This document shows positions 26,354-36,281 of a stretch of 64,000 bases of DNA, piece after piece (within the stretch, counting starts at the first letter, position 1; the number at the start of each line of letters is the position of its first letter). A model generated the notes under the pieces. It was not told the origin of the DNA. It searched no databases and saw only the letters and a list, made by a program, of their open reading frames with translations. The translations under genes were made by a program, and so were the position numbers. Where the stretch lies: assembly GCA_947475465.1 (NCBI GenBank), contig CANJLK010000007.1, positions 41,559-105,558 of the forward strand, in the 5' to 3' direction. The DNA is from Caulobacteraceae bacterium (GTDB lineage: Bacteria > Pseudomonadota > Alphaproteobacteria > Caulobacterales > Caulobacteraceae).

Positions 26354-27304
26354 TCAGAGATTGGCCGCGACCCTGCGGATCAGGCCATGCATCCAGGCGA
26401 TCGCCGGCTCCGCCAGACGATCCTTCAGGTAGAGCAGGGTGACATCGACCGTCGGCGCCGGATAGGGCGGCTCGATCAGCTTGATGCGCCCCGCCGCCGC
26501 CGACAGCAGGGCCAGGCGGCGCGGGATCATGGCCGCCAGATCCGTGCGGCTGGCGACGGCGACGGCCGTGTACGTGTCGGGCACGGTCACACCCACCCGT
26601 CGTGTCAGGCCGGCAGCGGCCAGCGCATTGGTGAAGGCCCCGGCGTCCTCCCAGCTGGCGTGGCTGATGAAGGCGTTGCGGTCGCCGCCCTCTTCTCCCA
26701 GGCCCGGAAGGTTTCGCGAGATGGCGATGTGCGGCACGGAGACGAGGGCCTCGAGGTCCACGTCGTTGCGCGAGGCGAGCGGATGATCGTTGCGCACCAC
26801 CCAGGCCAGAGCCTCGGCCATCAGGGTCTCGCGGCCGAACCGCTCCGGGGCCGCCAGGACCCCTGCGATCATGAAATCAGCGCGCCGGGCGTCCAGCCGT
26901 TCGGCCATGTCGGGGCCCATCTCGCTCACAACCAGTTCGGCCAGCGGCGACTCTTCCGCCATCCGGCCCACCAGCGCCGGGGCCAGGACAGCGCTGGCGT
27001 AGCCGCCGGAAATCACCGTGAAGCGCCGTTCGCTGGTCTTGGGATCGAAGTCAGCGGGCGCGACGGCGGCCTGCAGCTGGTTGAGGGCGGCGTGCACCTG
27101 CGGGCCCATCTCCAGGGCCCTGGGCGTCGGGGCCATGCCGGAAGGACCCCGGATGAAGAGCTCGTCGTTGAGCATGTGGCGCAGCCGGCTCAGGGCATGG
27201 CTGACGGCCGACTGGGTGAGGCCAAGGCGCACGCCGGCGCGGGTCACGCTGCGCTCTTCCAGCAGGACGTCGAGAACGCGGAGAAGGTTGAGATCGGTGT
27301 TCAT
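26354..27304 (-). CDS. LysR family transcriptional regulator (NodD/LeuO-like)
   Basis: DLNLLRVLDVLLEERSVTRAGVRLGLTQSAVSHALSRLR...DELFIR; divergent from the efflux operon. Confidence 0.95.
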   Translation of the reverse strand: MNTDLNLLRVLDVLLEERSVTRAGVRLGLTQSAVSHALSRLRHMLNDELFIRGPSGMAPTPRALEMGPQVHAALNQLQAAVAPADFDPKTSERRFTVISGGYASAVLAPALVGRMAEESPLAELVVSEMGPDMAERLDARRADFMIAGVLAAPERFGRETLMAEALAWVVRNDHPLASRNDVDLEALVSVPHIAISRNLPGLGEEGGDRNAFISHASWEDAGAFTNALAAAGLTRRVGVTVPDTYTAVAVASRTDLAAMIPRRLALLSAAAGRIKLIEPPYPAPTVDVTLLYLKDRLAEPAIAWMHGLIRRVAANL

Positions 27305-27457
27305 GCATTCAAGTCATATTGTGCGTGACAACATATCATTTGGATCATCATTAGGGCAGCACTATCTCCCGTTGCGCGGACGGGATGGCGACGCTTCTCA
27401 TGGAGCCGGCGCCCGTTTCGCTGTCTGCCCGTTTCCTTCCGAGAAAGGCCTCAAGAC

Positions 27458-28519
27458 GTGAGCGCACCGGACGTCAATTCCGCGAATGGTGAGACGCGCT
27501 CGGGAGGGCTTGTGCATCGCTGGCGCTGGCCGTTGATGGTCGGCGGGCCGGTCCTGATCCTGGTGATCGTCGCCTATTTCGTGCTTACCGGAGGGCGGTC
27601 GGAAAGCACCGACGACGCCTATGTGCAGATCGCCAAGGTGCCGGTGGCTCCTTCGATCGGCGGGCGGGTGACGGACATCTATGTGCGCGAGAACCAGGTC
27701 GTGCACCGCGGGGACCTGCTGTTCCGCATGGATTCGCGCGATCTCCAGGCCACCGCCGACGCGGCCGCGGCACAGGCGGCGGGCGCAGAGCTTCAGCTGA
27801 ACGCCCAAAGGGCGGCTTACCAGCAGCAACAGGCCAGCGTGCAGGGCGCCCGCGCGACCGTGGACTACGCGACCCGCGAAGCGGTGCGGCAGAAGGCGCT
27901 GGCCGCGGTCGGCGTTTCCTCGCAGGCCCAGGCCGACCAAGCCGCGCATGCCGCCCAGCAGGCGCGCGACGCCCTGGCTGTCGCCCAGCAGCAGGCGGCC
28001 CAGGTGCTGGCTAACCTCGGCGGCAATCCCAATATCGCCGCCGGGAATGTTCCCAGCGTCATGCAGGCCCGCGCCCAGCTTGAGCGCGCCCGGCTGAACA
28101 TCACCTACGCAACCGTCGTCGCGCCTTCGGACGGGATTGTCACCCGGGTCGAGCAAATGCCGGTCGGCACCTATCTCAGCCCCGCCCAGACCGGGTTCTA
28201 TCTCCTGTCCGGAACGCCCTGGGTCGAGGCCAACTTCAAGGAAGACCAGCTCGGTCACATGAAGGTCGGCCAGCCTGTGACCATCAAGATCGACGCCTAC
28301 CCGCAAGGCGACATCAAGGGTCATGTCGCCAGCTTCTCGCCGGGGACCGGTCAGGCGTTCTCGGCCCTGCCGGCCCAGAACGCGACCGGCAACTGGGTCA
28401 AGGTCGTGCAACGCCTGCCGGTGCGCATCGCCTTTGACAAGGCGCCGCCGGACATCGCCGCGCGCGCCGGTCTCTCCGCCAAGGTGACGGTCGACGTCCG
28501 CGCGCCCGAGCGCCGCTAG
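27458..28519 (+). CDS. EmrA-type HlyD family membrane fusion protein
   Basis: STDDAYV, VEANFKEDQL, FSALPAQNATGNWVKVVQRLPVRI. Confidence 0.93.
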   Translation: MSAPDVNSANGETRSGGLVHRWRWPLMVGGPVLILVIVAYFVLTGGRSESTDDAYVQIAKVPVAPSIGGRVTDIYVRENQVVHRGDLLFRMDSRDLQATADAAAAQAAGAELQLNAQRAAYQQQQASVQGARATVDYATREAVRQKALAAVGVSSQAQADQAAHAAQQARDALAVAQQQAAQVLANLGGNPNIAAGNVPSVMQARAQLERARLNITYATVVAPSDGIVTRVEQMPVGTYLSPAQTGFYLLSGTPWVEANFKEDQLGHMKVGQPVTIKIDAYPQGDIKGHVASFSPGTGQAFSALPAQNATGNWVKVVQRLPVRIAFDKAPPDIAARAGLSAKVTVDVRAPERR

Positions 28520-28531
28520 GGCTTCCGGGCC

Positions 28532-30070
28532 ATGAGCAACGCTCAGGATTTCAAGAACCGGGTCCCGATCACCATCGCCATCATGCTGGCGACGGTCATG
28601 CAGTCCCTGGACACGACGATCGCCAATGTCGCCCTGCCGCATATGCAAGGGTCGGTTTCGGCCAGCGCCGAGCAGATCACCTGGGTCCTGACGTCCTACA
28701 TTGTCGCCGGCGCGATCATGACGCCCCTGTCCGGCTGGCTATCTGACCGCATCGGCCGCAAGCGGGTTTTCCTGATCTCCATCGGCGGCTTCACGATCGC
28801 CTCCATGCTGTGCGGCATCGCCACCAGCCTGCCGGAGATCGTCCTCTTCCGACTGCTGCAGGGGGTGTGCGGCGCGGCGCTGATGCCGCTGGCCCAGTCT
28901 GTCCTGCTCGACATCAACCCCAAGGAAAAGCATGGCCAGGCCATGGCCGTCTGGGGGATGGGCGCGATCCTCGGGCCGCTCCTGGGTCCGGCGGTCGGCG
29001 GCTATTTCACCGAGAATTTCAGCTGGCGGTGGTGCTTCTACATCAACCTGCCGATCGGCGTTCTGGCCTTCTTGGGCGTGCTGTTCTTTCTCTCGAAGGA
29101 CGGCCAGAGCCAGGCCAAGAAGTTCGATTTCCTGGGCTTCGGAATGCTCACCCTGTTTATCGCAGGCCTGCAGATGATGCTTGATCGCGGGCCGTCGCAG
29201 GACTGGTTCCAGTCGCGGGAAATCTGGACGGAGGTGATCCTTGCGGCCATCGGCCTGTGGGTCTTCATCGTCCACACCGCCACGACCAGTCACCCCTTCT
29301 TCGATCCCTATCTGCTACGCGACCGCAACTTTCTCACCGCCTGCATCTTCGGCTTTTTCGTCGGCATCCTGCTCTTCGCGACAACCGCGCTGCTGCCGCC
29401 CCTGATGCAGGTGGTCCTGGGCTATCCCGTCCTTACCTCGGGCCTGGTCAGCATGCCCAGAGGCCTCGGGTCAATGACGGCGATGTTCATCGTCGGCCGC
29501 CTCTCGAACCGCGTGGGCACTCGCAACATGCTGCTGGCCGGACTGGCGGTGAGCATCCTGTCCTACTGGGAAATGTCGCACTTCGACCTGTCGATGTCCT
29601 CCGGGCCGCTGATCGTCGCCGGTATCCTGCAGGGTTTCGGTATGGGCATGGTGTTCGTGCCGATGACGATACTGGCCTTCGCGACCCTGCCCATCCGGCT
29701 GCGGCCGGAGGGGTCGTCGGCTTTCACCCTGATGCGCAACCTGGGCGCCAGCGTCGGCATCTCGATCACCAACGCCCTGCTGGTCGCCAACACCAGCACC
29801 ATGCACGCGTCGCTGGCCGCCAAGATCATCCCGTCCAACGCCGTTGTCCACGCGGCCGCCACGCACGGCGGGATCGACCTTTCCACGGTTGGCGGCCTCA
29901 GCGCGCTCAACAGCGAAATCACCCGCCAGGCCACGATGGTCGCCTACCTGGACGACTTCCGCCTGATGTTCTTCATCGCCATCGCTTGCATCCCCTTGCT
30001 CCTGATGATGCGCAAGCCAAGACGCGCCCCTGGCGCGGAGCCCGAGCCCATCCATGCCGCAGTTGAATAG
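28532..30070 (+). CDS. EmrB/DHA2 family MFS efflux permease
   Basis: LDTTIANVALPHM, WVLTSYIVA, WRWCFYINLPIG; about 14 TM segments. Confidence 0.95.
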   Translation: MSNAQDFKNRVPITIAIMLATVMQSLDTTIANVALPHMQGSVSASAEQITWVLTSYIVAGAIMTPLSGWLSDRIGRKRVFLISIGGFTIASMLCGIATSLPEIVLFRLLQGVCGAALMPLAQSVLLDINPKEKHGQAMAVWGMGAILGPLLGPAVGGYFTENFSWRWCFYINLPIGVLAFLGVLFFLSKDGQSQAKKFDFLGFGMLTLFIAGLQMMLDRGPSQDWFQSREIWTEVILAAIGLWVFIVHTATTSHPFFDPYLLRDRNFLTACIFGFFVGILLFATTALLPPLMQVVLGYPVLTSGLVSMPRGLGSMTAMFIVGRLSNRVGTRNMLLAGLAVSILSYWEMSHFDLSMSSGPLIVAGILQGFGMGMVFVPMTILAFATLPIRLRPEGSSAFTLMRNLGASVGISITNALLVANTSTMHASLAAKIIPSNAVVHAAATHGGIDLSTVGGLSALNSEITRQATMVAYLDDFRLMFFIAIACIPLLLMMRKPRRAPGAEPEPIHAAVE

Positions 30071-31523
30071 AACCCTCGCCAGCCTTACAGCCACCGCCTG
30101 CGCCCTGGCGCTTGGCGCCTGCACGACCGTGGGGCCGAACTTCGCGGCCCCTCAAGGTCCCAAAGGGCCTGCCGCGGCCGACTACGCCATGGCCGGCGAT
30201 GCGCTTTCTCCTGGCGCGGCGCTGCGGCCGGAAGCCCGCGCCGCCGGACCCTGGTGGCAGGCCTTCGGGTCGGCTGAACTCGACCGGGTGGTCCGCCAGG
30301 CGCTGGCCGACAATCCGAGTGTCGCCGAAGCCAAAGCCAATCTGGAAAAGGCCAATGCCGAGCTCGCCGCCACGCGCGGCGCCGAACTGCCCCAGATCAA
30401 CGCCAACGGTGGCGTCCAGCACGAGAAGATCAACCTGCAGGCTTTCGGTCTGAAGGGCCTGGCCGGCCAGCCCGGCATCGGCAGTCCGACGATCACCCTC
30501 TACCAGATCGGCGGCGGCGTCAGTTACGACCTTGACCTATTCGGCGGGCTCAAGCGCGCCACCGAGGCCGACCAGGCGCGGGCCGAACGCCAGCTGCGCG
30601 AGGCCGATGCGGCCTATCTCAGCCTTTCTGGCAACGTCGCCTTGCAGGCCATGCGCATCGCCGGCGCCCGCGGACAGATCGCAGCTGTGCAGGAGGTCGT
30701 CGCGGCCGACAGGCGCCTGATCGATATGGTCCGCAAGGGGCAGAGCCTGGGGGGCGAGTCCCGCGCATCACTGTCGGCCCTGGTGGCGCAACTCGCTGAG
30801 GATGAAGCCCTGCTGCCGGCCTTGCAGCACGACCTTGACGCGGCGCGCCACCAGCTGGCCCTGCTGGTCGGCAAGTCGCCCGCGGAATGGACCGCGCCGG
30901 ACTTCGACATGGCGAGCCTGGACGGCTCGGCTGTCGTTCCCGTGAGCCTGCCATCGGATTTGGTCCGGCGGCGGCCGGACATCCTGGCGGCGGAGGCCGC
31001 ACTCCATGCGGCGACGGCGGAAATCGGGGTGGCGATCGCCGACCAGTATCCGAACCTGCGCCTCTCGGCGTCCCTGACCCAGAGCACGATCAAGCCCGAG
31101 AAGATCTTCAACAGCTCGGCCAGCGGCTGGGATCTGGCCAGCGGCCTGACGGCGCCGATCTTCCACGGCGGAACCCTGCGCGCCAAGCGCCAAGTCGCCG
31201 AGGCCGAGGCGCGGGCCGCCGACGCGCGTTACCGGGCCACCGTGCTTCGGGCCTTCGTCCAGGTCTCCGACGCCATGGCCAACCTGGCCAGCGACGACCA
31301 GGCGATCGCCTCCTTGCGGCAGGCGACCAAGGCCGCAGAGATCGGCGTCAATGACGTGCAGAACGGCTACCGGCTGGGCGGTGCGTCGATGATGGACCTT
31401 GTGCAGGCCAACCGCACCTTGAGCCGCGCGCACCGCTTCCTGGCCCAGGCCCAGGCCCAGCGCTATATGGACCTTGTGACGCTCTATGCGGCCACCGCCG
31501 CCGACTGGCGAACGGCCAGCTAA
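30054..31523 (+). CDS. NodT/TolC family outer-membrane efflux lipoprotein
   Basis: Lipobox LGAC, SYDLDLFGG, PSDLVRRRPDILAAE, IGVAIADQYP. Confidence 0.93.
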   Translation: MPQLNRTLASLTATACALALGACTTVGPNFAAPQGPKGPAAADYAMAGDALSPGAALRPEARAAGPWWQAFGSAELDRVVRQALADNPSVAEAKANLEKANAELAATRGAELPQINANGGVQHEKINLQAFGLKGLAGQPGIGSPTITLYQIGGGVSYDLDLFGGLKRATEADQARAERQLREADAAYLSLSGNVALQAMRIAGARGQIAAVQEVVAADRRLIDMVRKGQSLGGESRASLSALVAQLAEDEALLPALQHDLDAARHQLALLVGKSPAEWTAPDFDMASLDGSAVVPVSLPSDLVRRRPDILAAEAALHAATAEIGVAIADQYPNLRLSASLTQSTIKPEKIFNSSASGWDLASGLTAPIFHGGTLRAKRQVAEAEARAADARYRATVLRAFVQVSDAMANLASDDQAIASLRQATKAAEIGVNDVQNGYRLGGASMMDLVQANRTLSRAHRFLAQAQAQRYMDLVTLYAATAADWRTAS

Positions 31524-31636
31524 CCCGGAAGTGGCGCCTTCGCCCCTGCCCACGCGGCAGGCGCCGGAGCGATGAGACCGCCGCCGCTGGCTATCCGGCT
31601 TTGCGGAAGACAAAGCGTGCGGCCTAACTTCCGGCC

Positions 31637-32716
31637 ATGAACCGCACCGTCTCCGGGCTCGTGGGATCGCCGCTGCGGAATCTCAGCGCGATCATCCTCT
31701 TTATGCTTGCCCTGATCGCGGTGGCGACCGTGGGTTACATGGCGGCTGGCTGGACCTTCACCGACGCCTTCTACATGTCGGTCCTGACGGTCTATTCGGT
31801 CGGATATGAAGAGGTCCGCCCGGTCAACACGCCCGAACTGCACGCGATCACCATTTCCCTGATCGTCTTCGGCTGCACGGGCATGATCCTCTTGACCGGC
31901 GCTCTCGTGCAGGTCTTCACGGTTGTTCAGATCAAGCAGCTTCTGGGCCTGGATAGCGTGAACGCCGAGATCGATCGCCTGAGCGGCCACGTGATCATCT
32001 GCGGCTTCGGCCGCATCGGGGTGATGCTGGCCAAAGACCTTAAGGACGGCGGCGCAGCCCTGGTGATCCTGGAGAGGGACGAGGCGCGGATCGCCCAGGC
32101 CCAGGCGCTGGGTTACCTCGCGCTGCAGGTGGACGCCGCCGACGAGGCTTCGCTGAAGGCGGGCGGCATAGAGCGGGCCAGGGTGCTGGCCACCGTGGTT
32201 CCCGACGACGCGGCCAATGTCTTCATCACCCTGACCGCCCGCAGCCTCAATCGCGACCTGCACATCATCGCCCGCGGCGAGGAGCCGTCCACGGAGAGCA
32301 AGCTGCTCTACGCCGGGGCCAGCAAGGTCGTCCTGCCCACCCATATCGGCGCCGAGCGGATGGCCGAGATGATCCTGCATCCGGAGACCGCGCGCTTCAT
32401 CCGGGGCTCGGAACGGATGCTCGACTTCGACAAGACCCTCCGCGATCTCGGCCTTCAGCTGGAGGTGATGACCGTCCATGAAAAGGCCGGCGCGGTGGGC
32501 GTGACCCTCGCCGACATGGAGCAGCGGGCCAGGGGCGGGTTCTTCGTCGTCCAGCTGGACCGGCGCAACGGAGATGTCATCACCCGGCCGCCGGGCGACA
32601 CCCGGCTGGAGGCGGGCGACGGAGTGCTGGTGGTCACCCGGGCCGACACCGCGGCCATCACGGCCCTGTTCCAGGCGCCCGCTGAGCGGGTCAGGGCCGG
32701 GCGGACAACCTTCTAG
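31637..32716 (+). CDS. 2TM potassium-channel-like protein with RCK (TrkA_N/TrkA_C) domains
   Basis: DAFYMSVLTVYSVGYEEV pore helix, GHVIICGFGRIG, LLYAGASKVV. Confidence 0.88.
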   Translation: MNRTVSGLVGSPLRNLSAIILFMLALIAVATVGYMAAGWTFTDAFYMSVLTVYSVGYEEVRPVNTPELHAITISLIVFGCTGMILLTGALVQVFTVVQIKQLLGLDSVNAEIDRLSGHVIICGFGRIGVMLAKDLKDGGAALVILERDEARIAQAQALGYLALQVDAADEASLKAGGIERARVLATVVPDDAANVFITLTARSLNRDLHIIARGEEPSTESKLLYAGASKVVLPTHIGAERMAEMILHPETARFIRGSERMLDFDKTLRDLGLQLEVMTVHEKAGAVGVTLADMEQRARGGFFVVQLDRRNGDVITRPPGDTRLEAGDGVLVVTRADTAAITALFQAPAERVRAGRTTF

Positions 32717-32724
32717 CCAACGGC

Positions 32725-33144
32725 TCAGGCCGCCGCGAGCGTCAGCACCAGCCGGTTGCGGCCCGCCGAACGGCTGTAGCGCTCGACACGGCTCCAGGCG
32801 CGGATCAGGGCCAGTCCCGCCCCGCCGCCGCGCTCGGCGTTGGGACCAGAGAACTCCGCCTCCCGCGGATCGAAGGCCACGCCCGCGTCGGTGACGCCGA
32901 GGCGCACCCGCCCGCCGTCCAGGGCCAGCCGCAGCACGATCCGGCTCGCCGGGTCGGGACGGCCATGCTCTACCACATTGACCACCCATTCCTCCACGAC
33001 CACCGCCAACCGGTCGGCGGCGTCGCTGTCCAGCTCCGCAAGACCGGCGAACCGTCGCGCCGCGGCCAGGGCGTCGCCGACCGCAGCGGCGGTCGCGGGC
33101 AGCCGGACGTTAACCGACTTCGCGTTGGCGTTGGGGTGGGTTAT
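32725..33144 (-). CDS. RsbW/SpoIIAB-like anti-sigma Ser kinase (HATPase_c_2)
   Basis: RLAVVVEEWVVNVVEHG, VTDAGVAFDP, GGAGLALIR, GRNRLVL. The frame is open upstream to ATA at 33144; the first standard start (TTG 33009) lies inside the domain. Confidence 0.78.
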   Translation of the reverse strand: MTHPNANAKSVNVRLPATAAAVGDALAAARRFAGLAELDSDAADRLAVVVEEWVVNVVEHGRPDPASRIVLRLALDGGRVRLGVTDAGVAFDPREAEFSGPNAERGGGAGLALIRAWSRVERYSRSAGRNRLVLTLAAA

Positions 33145-33174
33145 GACGAAGCCCTACCGTGGAGGGGCTTTGGA

Positions 33175-33609
33175 ATGCGCAGAACCATTGCGGCAGGATT
33201 GCTGATCGCGGCCTGCCTGTCGACAGCGGCGGGCGCCGCGGAAATCGGACGGGTGAAGAGCGCCATTGGCGCAGCCACAATCACCCGTGGGGCGACCACG
33301 ACACCGGCGACGCCGGGATACACACTGGACGTCAAGGATGTGCTCACCACCGGCAAGGACGGGCGCATCGGCATCACCTTCATCGACAACAGCCGCTTCG
33401 CGGTCGGGCCCAACGCCCGGATTTCGCTTGCGGAGTTCCAGTTCAACGACACCACCCACAAGGGCAGCTCGCTGACCCAGGTCGACCGTGGCTCTCTGGC
33501 CATCGTGTCGGGCCAGATCGCCAAGGAAAACCGCGATTCGATGAAGGTCCGCACGCCGACATCGCTTCTGGCGGCGCGCGGCACCCATTTCGTGGTCGAC
33601 GTGCCATGA
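33175..33609 (+). CDS. Secreted FecR-domain protein
   Basis: Signal peptide, DVLTTGKDGRIGITFIDNSRFAVGPNA, VRTPTSLLAARGTHF; GGAGGG RBS. Confidence 0.88.
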   Translation: MRRTIAAGLLIAACLSTAAGAAEIGRVKSAIGAATITRGATTTPATPGYTLDVKDVLTTGKDGRIGITFIDNSRFAVGPNARISLAEFQFNDTTHKGSSLTQVDRGSLAIVSGQIAKENRDSMKVRTPTSLLAARGTHFVVDVP

Positions 33610-34190
33610 GGGCGCTGCTCCCCCTGGGCCTGCTGGTCCTCCTGAGCGGCTGCGCCACTGGCGGCGCGGTCACCCTGCTGCCCGCCGAGACCGGCTCGCC
33701 GCTTGGGGCGGTCGCACTCTTCGACGGCAAGTCCGGCGCCGAGCGCGGCGTTCTGGACCAGGCCAACACTCAGACCTCGCTTGGCCGCGCCCAGGTGAAG
33801 CCGCGCCCGGTCCCGGCGGACCGCTATGCTCTGCTGGCCTCCGTCATGCCGCCGCCGGCCCACCACTTCGTGGTCTACTTCCTGGAAGGCTCCACGACGC
33901 TGGCGCCGGGCTCGGAGCCGGTCCTGAACCAGATGTTCAAGGAGATCACCCTTCGCTCCGGCGCGGAGATCGAGATCATCGGCCACACTGACACGGTGGG
34001 GTCCGACGCCGACAACGACGCTCTGTCGATCAAGCGGGCCAAGGAAGTCGCCGAGGCGCTTGCCGCGATCGGACGGCTCGACCTGTCGATAACCCGCGTC
34101 TCCGGCCGCGGTGAACGCGAACTCCTGACGCCGACGCCGGACAACACTGCCGAGGCAAGCAACCGGCGCGTGGAGATCGTCGTCCGCTAA
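33606..34190 (+). CDS. OmpA-family lipoprotein
   Basis: Lipobox LSGC, IGHTDTVGS...NDALSIKRA, GRGERE, NRRVEIVVR. Confidence 0.92.
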   Translation: MRALLPLGLLVLLSGCATGGAVTLLPAETGSPLGAVALFDGKSGAERGVLDQANTQTSLGRAQVKPRPVPADRYALLASVMPPPAHHFVVYFLEGSTTLAPGSEPVLNQMFKEITLRSGAEIEIIGHTDTVGSDADNDALSIKRAKEVAEALAAIGRLDLSITRVSGRGERELLTPTPDNTAEASNRRVEIVVR

Positions 34191-34204
34191 GATCCCGCCG
34201 GCCT

Positions 34205-36280
34205 TCAGACCCTGCGTCTGAGGGCCAGGACGGTCAGGTCGTCGCTGGGCTCGCCGCCCGCCTCGAAGGTGAGCACGGCTGCGATCAGTCCATCCACCAA
34301 GTCCGGCACCGGCCGGGTGGCAAGGCTCGCCAGCACGGCCATGGCGCCGTCCCGCTCGAAGAGTTCTCCGGCCGGGTTCTGCGCCTCTGTGACGCCGTCG
34401 GTATAGACCACCAGGGTCTCGCCGGGCTCCAGGCGGTAGGGCTCGACGGGGTAGGGGAAGCCGTCCGCCACGCAGAGCGCCGGGCCGCCGTCCAGGCGCA
34501 GTTCCCGGACATGCCCGTCGGCGCTGACCACCAGCGGGTTCTCGTGGCCGGCGCTGCACAGGTCCATGGCGCCGCTGCGCAGATCGAGCACGCCCACCAG
34601 CAGGGAAACCGCCATCATCTGGCCGTTGTCGCGGGAGAGCTCGGCATTGATGCCGTCGACCGCGTCAGCGAGGTTGATCCCGGGCCGCATGAGAATGCTG
34701 CGCGACAGCGCCTTGGAGAGCGCCATGAACAGTGACGCCGGCACACCCTTGCCGGTCACGTCCCCCACCAGGAAGCACAGCCGGTTCGGGTCGATCAGGA
34801 AGGCGTCATAGAGGTCGCCGCCCACCGTCCTGGCCGGTTGAAGGACCGCGTCGATCTCTACCGCGTCGGTCACGCCCATCAGCTGGGCGCGCGGCAGCAG
34901 CATGCCTGACTGGATTTCGCTCGCGGCCGACAGTTCCCCGGCGATCTTCGCCGCGTCCAGCCGCTCATGCTCCAGGGCGGCCCGCAGTTTGGCCTGAACC
35001 TTGCCGCCCTCCACGAACAGCATGGCGACCATGGCGCCGGCCGCCGCCACGCCGGGCGCCAGGACCGGCGCGGGATCGAGCAGGAAGCCGTGCTCGAACG
35101 CTGCCAGGCTGGCCGCCAGGGCCGCGCCCACGGCGCCCAGGACGCCGATGATGATGGCGCGCAGCCCCAGGCGCAGGACGAAGAACACGGCGGCTGCGAC
35201 CAGCCCCAGGCCCACGGCGGCTTCCACCCAGGCCGCCCACGCCGGACGCTGCAGGACCACGCCGCGCAGGATGGCGTCGACGGCCTGGGCCTGGACCAGG
35301 ACACCGAAGGTTTCGGTGGCCCTGGGGGTGGTGACCACGTCGGACGTGCCGGCCGCCGTCAGTCCCACCAGGACGATCTTGCCGTCGAAGGCATTGGCCG
35401 GCACGCCGCTGCGCAGCAGATCCACCGCCGAGGTCATGGAACTGCCCGGGAAGTCGCCGAAGCGCAGGGTCAACCGCCCTTGATCGTCCACGGGCAGGCG
35501 ATGCTTGCCCAGCCGCACTTCCCTCAGACGTCCGCCGGCGCCCATCAGATCGATGGGCGGCTCGCCCTCGGCGATGCGCACGAGTTCCAGGGCGAAGCCC
35601 GGGGTCTTGGCGCCGGCCGCCACCCCCAGCAAAGGCACGCGGCGCATGACGCCATCGGCGTCGGGCGGACCGTTGACCAGGCCATGGCCCAGGGCCGCGC
35701 CGTCGAGGATGGGCAGATTGGCGACCACCTCGGGGAAATTCATCGCCCGTCCGGGCTCGGCGCCGGTGAACACCGCGTCAGGCGGCAAGGGGGCGGAGGC
35801 CGCGATGGTGTCGACCGAGCCGGCGGCGACACCGGCCCTGGCCAGCACCACGGGGCTTCGGCCGATCACCCGGGCGAACACCGCGTCCATCGAGGGCAGG
35901 GCGCGGATCTCCGCGGCCGTGGCCGGGGGCAGTTCGAGATAGAGGCCGGCGAAAAGGTCCGGGGTGAGCCGGTCTGCCTCGGGAAACAGGAAATCGAACC
36001 CGATCGCAGCCGCGCCGCGCCCGGCGATCGCCTCGGTCAGCCTGGCCATGGTGTAGCGCGACCAGGGCCAGCCGCCGACCGCCGCCAGGCTGGGGGCGTC
36101 GATCAGGACCACATGCACCTTGGGCGAGGGGGCCGAAGCCGGCGTGATCTTCTGGAAGAGGTCGTAGAGGGGCTGGCGCAGGGCCGAGCCGGCCAGCGCC
36201 ACCAGGAGAGCCGCGGCCAGGGCCGCGCCCAGCCCGCTGATCCGGACCCTGGCGCGAGCGCTGGCGTCGAGCTCGCTCAA
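34205..36280 (-). CDS. CHASE2 sensor with 3TM and SpoIIE/PP2C Ser phosphatase
   Basis: CHASE2 motifs (VLIDAPSL, WPWSR, FDFLFPEAD, DADGVMRRVPL); PP2C motifs (VGGDLYD, VGDVTGKGVPA, SAGHENP, YTDGVTEA, SDDLTVL). Confidence 0.92.
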   Translation of the reverse strand: MSELDASARARVRISGLGAALAAALLVALAGSALRQPLYDLFQKITPASAPSPKVHVVLIDAPSLAAVGGWPWSRYTMARLTEAIAGRGAAAIGFDFLFPEADRLTPDLFAGLYLELPPATAAEIRALPSMDAVFARVIGRSPVVLARAGVAAGSVDTIAASAPLPPDAVFTGAEPGRAMNFPEVVANLPILDGAALGHGLVNGPPDADGVMRRVPLLGVAAGAKTPGFALELVRIAEGEPPIDLMGAGGRLREVRLGKHRLPVDDQGRLTLRFGDFPGSSMTSAVDLLRSGVPANAFDGKIVLVGLTAAGTSDVVTTPRATETFGVLVQAQAVDAILRGVVLQRPAWAAWVEAAVGLGLVAAAVFFVLRLGLRAIIIGVLGAVGAALAASLAAFEHGFLLDPAPVLAPGVAAAGAMVAMLFVEGGKVQAKLRAALEHERLDAAKIAGELSAASEIQSGMLLPRAQLMGVTDAVEIDAVLQPARTVGGDLYDAFLIDPNRLCFLVGDVTGKGVPASLFMALSKALSRSILMRPGINLADAVDGINAELSRDNGQMMAVSLLVGVLDLRSGAMDLCSAGHENPLVVSADGHVRELRLDGGPALCVADGFPYPVEPYRLEPGETLVVYTDGVTEAQNPAGELFERDGAMAVLASLATRPVPDLVDGLIAAVLTFEAGGEPSDDLTVLALRRRV

Positions 36281-36281
36281 G

